Assembly (NCBI RefSeq): GCF_023585785.1
Contig: NZ_CP097765.1
Location: 660,001 to 692,000 of the forward strand
DNA length: 32,000 nt
DNA from: Blochmannia endosymbiont of Camponotus modoc
Lineage (GTDB): Bacteria > Pseudomonadota > Gammaproteobacteria > Enterobacterales > Enterobacteriaceae
Direction of reading: 5' to 3'
Shown here: piece by piece, positions 22,788 to 32,000 of the stretch
Position numbering within the stretch: position 1 is the stretch's first letter
How the letters are laid out: each line of letters begins with the position of its first letter
Translations under genes and position numbers: made by a program
The notes under the pieces: model-generated
Seen by the model: the letters and a program-made list of their open reading frames with translations, nothing else
The model's database searches: none
Told to the model about the DNA's origin: nothing

Positions 22788-25700
22788 GTGAAAGATTTAC
22801 TTAGATTTTTTAAGATACAACATACTCAAGTAGAAGAATTTAATGCAATTAAAATTGCACTTGCTTCTCCAGATATGATTAGATCCTGGTCTTTTGGTGA
22901 AGTAAAAAAACCAGAGACTATTAATTACCGTACTTTTAAACCTGAACGAGATGGTTTATTTTGTGCACGCATTTTTGGGCCTATTAAAGATTATGAGTGC
23001 TTATGCGGTAAATATAAGCGTCTAAAACATCGTGGGGTAGTTTGCGAAAAATGTGGAGTAGAAGTAACACAAAGCAAAGTACGACGTGAACGTATGGGAC
23101 ATATCGAATTGGCTTCTCCTACTGCTCATATTTGGTTTTTAAAATCATTACCCTCACGTATTGGTTTGTTGTTAGATATGCCATTACGTGATATAGAACG
23201 CGTTTTATATTTCGAATCCTATGTGGTAGTTGAAAGCGGCATGACTAGTCTCGAATGTCGTCAGGTCTTAACTGAAGAGGAATATTTAGATGCATTAGAA
23301 GAGTTTGGAGATGAATTTGAAGCTAAAATGGGAGCTGAAGCTATTCAAATTTTATTAAGAAATACAAATTTAAAAAATGAATGTGAATACTTACGAGAAA
23401 TATTAGAAGATAGTAATTCTGAAACTAAACGTAAAAAAATAACAAAACGTATAAAATTAATTGAAGCATTTATATATTCTGAAAATAAACCTGAATGGAT
23501 GGTTTTAAATGTATTACCAGTATTACCTCCGGATTTAAGACCATTGGTTCCATTAGATGGGGGACGTTTTGCTACTTCTGATTTAAATGATTTATACCGT
23601 CGTGTTATTAATAGAAATAATAGATTAAAGCGATTATTAGATTTAGCTGCTCCAGAAATCATAGTACGTAATGAAAAAAGAATGTTACAAGAAGCAGTAG
23701 ATGCATTGCTGGATAACGGACGTAGAGGGCGTGCTATTACTGGTTCTAACAAACGTCCTTTGAAATCTTTAGCTGACATGATTAAAGGTAAACAAGGTAG
23801 ATTTCGTCAGAATCTTTTAGGGAAACGTGTTGATTATTCTGGTCGTTCAGTAATCACTGTTGGACCCTATCTAAAATTACATCAGTGTGGATTACCAAAA
23901 AAAATGGCTTTAGAATTATTTAAACCATTTATTTATGGAAAATTAGAATTACAAGGTTTTGCTAGTACTATTAAAGCGGCTAAAAAAATGGTAGATCGAG
24001 AAGAAGCTGTAGTATGGGATATTCTCGATAACGTAATTCGAGAACATCCAGTAATGTTAAACCGTGCTCCTACATTACATAGGTTAGGAATTCAAGCTTT
24101 TGAACCAGTATTAATAGAAGGAAAAGCTATTCAATTACATCCATTAGTCTGTGCTGCCTATAACGCGGATTTTGACGGTGATCAAATGGCAGTACACGTT
24201 CCATTAACACTAGAAGCTCAATTAGAAGCTAGAGCTTTAATGATGTCTACTAATAATATTTTATCTCCTGCTAATGGGGAACCTATTATTGTTCCATCAC
24301 AGGACGTAGTATTAGGTTTGTATTATATGACTCGCGAACGTTCAAATGCTAAAGGTGAAGGAATGGTATTAACTGGCCCAAAAGAAGCAGAATGTCTTTA
24401 TCGTTTAGGTTTGGCCGATCTACATGCTCGTATTAAGATACGTATTACCGAGCATGAATATGATAAAAATGGAGAATGGTCAAAAAAAACAAATCTTGTC
24501 AATAGCACAATAGGTCGTTCTATATTGTGGATGATTGTTCCTAAGGGATTACCATTTATATTAGTCAATCAAGTATTAGGAAAGAAAGCTATATCCACAA
24601 TGTTAAATAATTGTTATCGCTTGCTAGGTCTGAAAGCTACTGTTATCTTAGCCGATCAAATTATGTATACTGGGTTTGCATATGCTGCTCGTTCTGGAGC
24701 TTCTGTCGGTATTGATGATATGATGATTCCTTCGAAAAAAGCGGATATAATCGATGAAGCAGAATCTGAAGTGGTAGAAATACAAGAACAATTTCAAACT
24801 GGATTGGTGACAGCAGGAGAACGTTATAACAAGGTCATTGATATTTGGGCTGCGGCTAATGAACGTGTCGCACAAGCAATGATGGATAATTTAGCTACTG
24901 AGACTGTGATGAATCGTAATGGACAACTAGAAACTCAAGCTTCATTTAATAATATTTTTATGATGGCAGATTCTGGGGCTCGCGGATCAGCGGCACAAAT
25001 TCGCCAACTTGCTGGAATGCGTGGTTTAATGGCAAAACCGGATGGATCAATTATTGAAACACCTATCACTGCAAATTTTCGGGAAGGATTAAATGTATTA
25101 CAGTATTTTATTTCTACACATGGAGCTCGTAAAGGATTAGCTGATACTGCTTTAAAAACAGCTAATTCTGGTTATTTAACTCGTCGTTTAGTAGATGTTG
25201 CACAAGACTTAGTAATAACTCAAGACGATTGCAATACATTTTCTGGTATCGTAATGAGCCCTGTTATTGAAGGAGGAGATATAAAAGAACCGCTACGAGA
25301 ACGTGTATTAGGTCGAGTTTTAGCAGAAGATGTTCTAGAATCCAATGTGGATGCAGATGATAAAGTATTGATTGTACGTAATACTTTATTAGACGAATAT
25401 TGGTGTGATATTTTAGATGAACATTCCATTGATACTGTCAAAGTGCGATCTGTTGTGACTTGTGATACTGATTTTGGAGTTTGTTCAAAATGTTATGGTC
25501 GAGATTTAGCTCGTGGTCAAATTGTAAATAAAGGAGAAGCAATTGGCGTCATTGCTGCTCAATCTATCGGTGAGCCAGGCACTCAGTTAACTATGCGTAC
25601 CTTTCATATTGGGGGAGCTGCCTCTCGATCTGCTTTAGAGTCGAGCATTCAAATTAAAAACACAGGTACTGTCCGTTTAAAAAATATCAAATCCGTAATA

Positions 25701-27038
25701 AATGGAGAAGGAAAATTAGTGGTCATATCACGTAACACCGAGCTTAAAATTATTGATCAATTTTCTCGTACCAAAGAGAGCTATAAAGTACCGTATGGAT
25801 CTATAATAACTAAAAAAAATGAAGAAAAAGTCATACATGGAGAAATAGTAGCTTATTGGGATCCGCATACTATGCCGGTGATTGCTGAAGTAAGTGGATT
25901 TATCCAATTTATTGATTTGATAGATGGTCAGAGTATTGTTAAACAAACGGATGAATTAACAGGATTAACCTCCATTGTAGTATTAGATACCTCTGAACGT
26001 GTGAGTAGCGCTAAAGATTTAAGACCTACATTAAAAATAGTAGATATTAATGGTTATGATATCTTTATTCCAGGTACAGATGTACCTGTTCAATATTTTT
26101 TACCCGGTAGAAGTGTAATTCAATTAGTTGATGGATCCAGAATTATTTGTGGAGATATATTAGCAAGATTACCGTATGAGAGCAGTGGTACCAAAGATAT
26201 TACCGGAGGATTACCACGTGTTGCCGATCTCTTTGAAGCACGTCGTCCAAAAGAATCGGCAATTTTAGCAGAAATTAGCGGGACCATTTCTTTTGGAAAA
26301 GAAACCAAAGGAAAACGTCGTTTAATGATATCTCCTATTGAAGACGGTGATGTGTATGAAGAAATGATTCCCAAATGGCGTCATCTTAATGTTTTTGAAG
26401 GTGAATATGTAGATCGTGGAGATATCATTTCTGATGGACCGGAATCTCCACACGATATTCTGAGATTACGTGGAGTCCACGCCGTAACTCGTTATATTGT
26501 AAATGAAGTGCAAGATGTTTATCGATTACAAGGAGTAAAGATCAACGATAAACATATAGAAGTTATTGTGCGTCAGATGTTGCGTAAAGCCACTGTGATT
26601 CGATCAGGCAGTTCTGATTTTTTAGTAGGTGAACAGGTAGAATATTCACGTATTAAAATTGCTAATCGAAAATTAGAAAATGAAGGAAAAGTAAAAATAA
26701 GCTTTATACGTAATTTATTAGGCATAACCAAAGCTTCATTAGCGACAGAATCATTTATTTCTGCAGCATCTTTTCAAGAAACAACACGTGTACTGACAGA
26801 ATCATCAGTAGCTGGAAAGCGAGATGAACTACGTGGTCTTAAAGAGAACGTTATTGTTGGTAGATTGATCCCGGCTGGAACGGGCTACTCTTATCATCAG
26901 GAGCGTGTACATCATCGTTATTCCAGTAATAAAAAAGAAACAGAAAAATCTGTAATAACAAATATTTCTTCCCAAATTACAGCAGATGAAGCATCGGCGA
27001 ATTTAACTGAACTATTAAATGCAACTTCTCCTAAATAA
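22788..27038 (+). CDS. rpoC: RNA polymerase beta' subunit; GTG start at 22788 preferred over the track's 22749
   Basis: [43 protein letters not shown]; [12 protein letters not shown] catalytic motif; AAAGG Shine-Dalgarno about 7 nt before GTG 22788; E. coli rpoC also starts with GTG AAA GAT. Confidence 0.98.
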   Translation: MKDLLRFFKIQHTQVEEFNAIKIALASPDMIRSWSFGEVKKPETINYRTFKPERDGLFCARIFGPIKDYECLCGKYKRLKHRGVVCEKCGVEVTQSKVRRERMGHIELASPTAHIWFLKSLPSRIGLLLDMPLRDIERVLYFESYVVVESGMTSLECRQVLTEEEYLDALEEFGDEFEAKMGAEAIQILLRNTNLKNECEYLREILEDSNSETKRKKITKRIKLIEAFIYSENKPEWMVLNVLPVLPPDLRPLVPLDGGRFATSDLNDLYRRVINRNNRLKRLLDLAAPEIIVRNEKRMLQEAVDALLDNGRRGRAITGSNKRPLKSLADMIKGKQGRFRQNLLGKRVDYSGRSVITVGPYLKLHQCGLPKKMALELFKPFIYGKLELQGFASTIKAAKKMVDREEAVVWDILDNVIREHPVMLNRAPTLHRLGIQAFEPVLIEGKAIQLHPLVCAAYNADFDGDQMAVHVPLTLEAQLEARALMMSTNNILSPANGEPIIVPSQDVVLGLYYMTRERSNAKGEGMVLTGPKEAECLYRLGLADLHARIKIRITEHEYDKNGEWSKKTNLVNSTIGRSILWMIVPKGLPFILVNQVLGKKAISTMLNNCYRLLGLKATVILADQIMYTGFAYAARSGASVGIDDMMIPSKKADIIDEAESEVVEIQEQFQTGLVTAGERYNKVIDIWAAANERVAQAMMDNLATETVMNRNGQLETQASFNNIFMMADSGARGSAAQIRQLAGMRGLMAKPDGSIIETPITANFREGLNVLQYFISTHGARKGLADTALKTANSGYLTRRLVDVAQDLVITQDDCNTFSGIVMSPVIEGGDIKEPLRERVLGRVLAEDVLESNVDADDKVLIVRNTLLDEYWCDILDEHSIDTVKVRSVVTCDTDFGVCSKCYGRDLARGQIVNKGEAIGVIAAQSIGEPGTQLTMRTFHIGGAASRSALESSIQIKNTGTVRLKNIKSVINGEGKLVVISRNTELKIIDQFSRTKESYKVPYGSIITKKNEEKVIHGEIVAYWDPHTMPVIAEVSGFIQFIDLIDGQSIVKQTDELTGLTSIVVLDTSERVSSAKDLRPTLKIVDINGYDIFIPGTDVPVQYFLPGRSVIQLVDGSRIICGDILARLPYESSGTKDITGGLPRVADLFEARRPKESAILAEISGTISFGKETKGKRRLMISPIEDGDVYEEMIPKWRHLNVFEGEYVDRGDIISDGPESPHDILRLRGVHAVTRYIVNEVQDVYRLQGVKINDKHIEVIVRQMLRKATVIRSGSSDFLVGEQVEYSRIKIANRKLENEGKVKISFIRNLLGITKASLATESFISAASFQETTRVLTESSVAGKRDELRGLKENVIVGRLIPAGTGYSYHQERVHHRYSSNKKETEKSVITNISSQITADEASANLTELLNATSPK

Positions 27039-27579
27039 ATAGGATTTCAAAAATATGATAAATAACAAACAAGAGTAAGAGCTATATTGTCAAATCACGT
27101 TATAGGCATAAATAATAATATTATTTGAGTTGATATTATTTAATTTAATACTGTAATTTTTGCACATATAGTTTGATATGTTTATCAACTAAATATGGGT
27201 GTACAATTTTTATTGTTTTAACGATAACCTGTTTGTTCGATGTAAAATTAACAATTGACGATTATACTGCCACATAATTTTGTTTATAAAATAAGCTATA
27301 TATTAAAATATAAACGCTTATTTATAATTTTTTTATAAACAACCTAATAAAATCAACAATGTTGATAACACATTTTACATTTTTTATATAAAAAGTTAGC
27401 CCCTTCTCTAATTTTTATAGATAAAATGAATTCTATTCAACATGTCTTTAAGAAAATTAAAGTATACAATTTTTAAATGGTAAAAATCTATTATTTTGAT
27501 ACATAATCACTTTTTTATCAAAAAAAATGTCTAAGATTCTCGTATGTACTCAAGAGAAATACAATAATTTTTTAAACAA

Positions 27580-29208
27580 TTAATGCCTAAAATGACGAAT
27601 ATGTGTAAAAATCATAGCAATACCATACCGATCAGCAGTTTTAATAATTTCTTGGTCTCGAATAGATCCTCCTGGTTGGATAATACATTTGATACCTATT
27701 TCGGACGCAATATGCACCACGTCAGAAAAAGGAAAAAAAGCATCAGAAGCCATCACTGACCCTTTAGTATTCAATGCACCCTTCCGTTCTTGGAAGGAAG
27801 TAGCTATTTTTGCCGCATACACTCGATTCATTTGGCCGGTTCCAATTCCGATAGTTTGACAATTTTTACCACAAACAATGGCATTAGATTTGACAAATTT
27901 AACTACTTTCCAACAGAATAACGCATCTTTCATTTCTTCTTTTGTTGGTTGCCGAATAGTAACTATCTCTAAATGCTCTAAATTTGTCATTACATCATAA
28001 TCTTGTATTAATAATCCTCCGTTAATTCGTTTGAAATCTATATCTGATGTTCGTGGAGTCCACATGCCACACCTCAATATTCGTACATGTTTTTTATTAG
28101 ATACAATACTAATACAATCTCGATTAATATTTGGAGCGACGATTGCTTCGACAAATTGTTGACTAATAATAGATTGAGCCGTTTTTTTATCTAAAGATCT
28201 ATTAAAAGCAATAATTCCTCCGAACGCAGAAATGGGATCTGCTTGATAAGCTTTAGCATACGCAGTGAAAATAGTATCAGATGTCGCTACACCACATGGA
28301 TTAGTATGTTTAACAATCACACAAGTTGGTTCATTGAACATTTTCGCGCATTCTAACGCCGTATCCATGTCTACTATATTATTGTAAGATAATGGTTTTC
28401 CTTGTAATTGCTGAGCATCAGAAATGGATCCTGTGTGTTTCTTAGATATATCCATATAAAATGCTGCGCGTTGATGTGGATTTTCTCCGTAACGCATATC
28501 TTGTTTTTTTATAAATTTAAGATTCATAAAAGTTAAATTTTTAGGAAAATAAGAATAGGATTGATCGTAATGATGATCATTAGTCATAGATGTATGATGG
28601 TGGCTTCGTAATTGATGATTAAAATAATCAGAAATTGTATTATCATATTCAGTAACATATTTAAATGCTTTTACCGCCAAATGAAAACGAGTGTCTAAAC
28701 TGAGTAATCCATCACAACGATTGATTTCATCTAAAATTTTTTTATAACTATCGTTATTGACTACAATAGCTACGTTTTTATAATTTTTTGCTGCTGCCCT
28801 CACCATACTTGGGCCACTGATATCAATACGATCTAACATTTCTTCTTGAGAATATTTTTTATTTTTTGCAAGCAAGGAATTAAATGAATAAAAATTAACT
28901 ACTACCATATCAATTGGTGGAATATTATATTGACGCATGATAGCATCATCTAATCCTCGTCTACCAAGAATTCCGGCATATACTTTATAGTGTAATGTTT
29001 TAACGCGTCCGTCCATAATTTCAGGTAATTTAGTATAGTCAGAAATTTTGATTACTGGCAATCCAGCATCAGATAATATTTGAGCCGTACCTCCAGTAGA
29101 TAATAATTGAATACCCCGTTGAATTAATGACTGAGCAAATTCTAAAATATTGGATTTATCAAATACACTAATTAATACACGACGAATTAACAATGATGAT
29201 TGTATCAT
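27580..29208 (-). CDS. purH: Bifunctional AICAR formyltransferase / IMP cyclohydrolase
   Basis: VLISVFDKSNILEFAQSLIQRG, LLSTGGTA, KKQDMRYGENPHQRAAFY, VKHTNPCGVA, SAFGGIIAFNR, MASDAFFPFSD; AGGA Shine-Dalgarno upstream of ATG 29208. Confidence 0.97.
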   Translation of the reverse strand: MIQSSLLIRRVLISVFDKSNILEFAQSLIQRGIQLLSTGGTAQILSDAGLPVIKISDYTKLPEIMDGRVKTLHYKVYAGILGRRGLDDAIMRQYNIPPIDMVVVNFYSFNSLLAKNKKYSQEEMLDRIDISGPSMVRAAAKNYKNVAIVVNNDSYKKILDEINRCDGLLSLDTRFHLAVKAFKYVTEYDNTISDYFNHQLRSHHHTSMTNDHHYDQSYSYFPKNLTFMNLKFIKKQDMRYGENPHQRAAFYMDISKKHTGSISDAQQLQGKPLSYNNIVDMDTALECAKMFNEPTCVIVKHTNPCGVATSDTIFTAYAKAYQADPISAFGGIIAFNRSLDKKTAQSIISQQFVEAIVAPNINRDCISIVSNKKHVRILRCGMWTPRTSDIDFKRINGGLLIQDYDVMTNLEHLEIVTIRQPTKEEMKDALFCWKVVKFVKSNAIVCGKNCQTIGIGTGQMNRVYAAKIATSFQERKGALNTKGSVMASDAFFPFSDVVHIASEIGIKCIIQPGGSIRDQEIIKTADRYGIAMIFTHIRHFRH

Positions 29209-29404
29209 AATATCCTCGCAACAATAATCAAACTACGGTATCAATGTATCTTAATAAATATTACACAATAGTAACATAATTATAGTATTATTATATATTA
29301 TTGTCTAAGACACAAAATAATTTAAATAATTTTTATAATCATAAAAATGTAGTTTAAATATTTTAAATAAAAACTATCAAATTATAAAATAGTATTAAAT
29401 ACTA

Positions 29405-29433
29405 TTGACATCGGTTAAAATCAATGATAATGA
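29405..29433 (+). promoter_or_regulatory. Possible rrn promoter
   Basis: Perfect -35 TTGACA at 29405-29410 with a -10-like GATAAT/TAATGA at 15-17 bp, about 230 nt upstream of 16S and just before the conserved rrn leader. Confidence 0.4.
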
Positions 29434-29485
29434 TGTATTTGTTTTATTTTTAAAATAGTACGAAATATATATGATTAGAAATATA

Positions 29486-29530
29486 GTTCTTTAACAATCT
29501 GATTTTAGATAATTGATGTGGGCACTTGAG
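29486..29530 (+). promoter_or_regulatory. rrn leader antitermination boxA region
   Basis: GTTCTTTAACAATCTGATTTTAGATAATTGATGTGGGCACTTGAG closely parallels the E. coli rrn leader TGCTCTTTAACAATTTATCAGACAATCTGTGTGGGCACTCG. Confidence 0.75.
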
Positions 29531-29637
29531 CAAATATGAGATATAGTATTATCCGTTTTAAAACATAGAAAAGCTAATTAATTAATATTTACTGATTAAA
29601 ATTAACGAACTTGTTTTATAAATGGAAATTAATTTTT

Positions 29638-31204
<1,567 letters not shown>

Positions 31205-31320
31205 CTTTATCAAAATAATATGAGCAAAAGCGCCCACATCAATTATCTAACATTATTTTATGATAATTGAAATATTTATAAAATTCCAAGATTAATTTTT
31301 TGTGTTGTTACTAGAACTCA

Positions 31321-31393
31321 GTCCCCTTCGTCTAGAGGTCTAGGACACTGCCCTTTCACGGCGGCAACAGGGGTTCGAAGCCCCTAGGGGACA
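31321..31393 (+). tRNA. tRNA-Glu, anticodon TTC; no encoded CCA
   Basis: GTCCCCTTCGTCTAGAGGTCTAGGACACTGCCCTTTCACGGCGGCAACAGGGGTTCGAAGCCCCTAGGGGAC+A; 7-bp acceptor stem GTCCCCT/AGGGGAC; located in the 16S-23S spacer as in rrnE-type operons. Confidence 0.97.
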
Positions 31394-31458
31394 TAGGGGA
31401 CATTATAGGTTTTCATAATAAGTGAGGGTTTTTATAAATAAAAAATTTAGTATTTTTG

Positions 31459-31469
31459 TTCTTTAACAA
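31459..31469 (+). promoter_or_regulatory. 16S-23S spacer boxA
   Basis: TTCTTTAACAA, same 11-mer as in the rrn leader at 29487-29497, placed between tRNA-Glu and 23S as in enteric rrn spacers. Confidence 0.7.
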
Positions 31470-31722
31470 TAAGGGAAAAGCTTAAAATTAAAAAATATTA
31501 GTATAAATAATAATTACTATTTCCGATTATTTATAAATGTAGGTTACATTATTTTTTTATTTATTTAAAAGTCGGATGCGATAGTAATTGCTGTAATTAT
31601 TGCATTACAAAGCGATATATATATATTGTACTAATTAAACTCTAAAAGTATAATTAAAGTATTTATATATCAAGTATGTTTAGTGTCTTAATAAGATTTA
31701 TAGAAATTTCAGGATTGCGAAG

Positions 31723-32000
31723 TTAAGTAATTTAAGCGTACACGGTGGATGCCTTGGCAGTCAAAGGCGATGAAGGACGTGCTGATCTGCGAAAAGCATC
31801 GGTAAGCTGATTTGAAGCGTTTTAACCGGTGATTTCCGAATGGGGAAACCCAATGCAATTTAAATTGTGCATTATTATTCAGTAAATTCATAGCTGAATA
31901 AGGCAAACCAGAGGAACTGAAACATCTTAGTACTCTGAGGAATAGAAATCAATTTGAGATTCCCTTAGTAGTGGCGAGCGAACGGGGAGCAGCCCAGAGT
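31723..32000 (+). rRNA. rrl: 23S ribosomal RNA, 5' portion (truncated by window end); start approximate
   Basis: AGTTAAGTAATTTAAGCGTACACGGTGGATGCCTTGGCAGTCAAAGGCGATGAAGGACGTGCTGATCTGCGA aligns to the E. coli 23S 5' end. Confidence 0.95.

Noticed and set aside
23345-26374. Five antisense ORFs in rpoC, up to 144 aa
   Set aside because: Antisense shadows of rpoC; no motif or ribosome-binding context.
31709-31906. 65 aa minus-strand ORF at the 23S start
   Set aside because: Overlaps the 23S rRNA 5' end; spurious.

Overview
This 32 kb window is AT-rich and looks like core genome from a gammaproteobacterial insect endosymbiont. Its reduced gene set, long AT-rich spacers and E. coli-like gene order suggest a 'Candidatus Blochmannia'-type lineage; that assignment is inferred from gene content and style and was not tested by search. 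Gene order: yhgN (partial, minus, missed by the ORF track) / asd - nfuA(minus) - aroK - aroB - rpe - trpS - pabA - rpsL - rpsG - fusA - tuf - secE - nusG - rplK - rplA - rplJ - rplL - rpoB - rpoC - purH(minus) - 16S rRNA - tRNA-Glu(TTC) - 23S rRNA (5' end only). The layout reads as two ancestral enteric segments, the 75-76 min asd...str region and the 90 min secE...rrnE region, joined at a single tuf gene. Several ORF-track starts are over-extended upstream (asd, rpsL, fusA, rplK, rplJ, rplL, rpoC). I see no CRISPR array, mobile element, phage, toxin/antitoxin or defence locus, and no credible undescribed multi-gene system. The items worth a second look are the tuf fusion junction and its hairpin, large non-coding spacers with small inverted repeats, one small hydrophobic ORF, an AT-rich helix expansion in 16S, unusual bases in tRNA-Glu, and divergence in the conserved PurH N-terminal motif.
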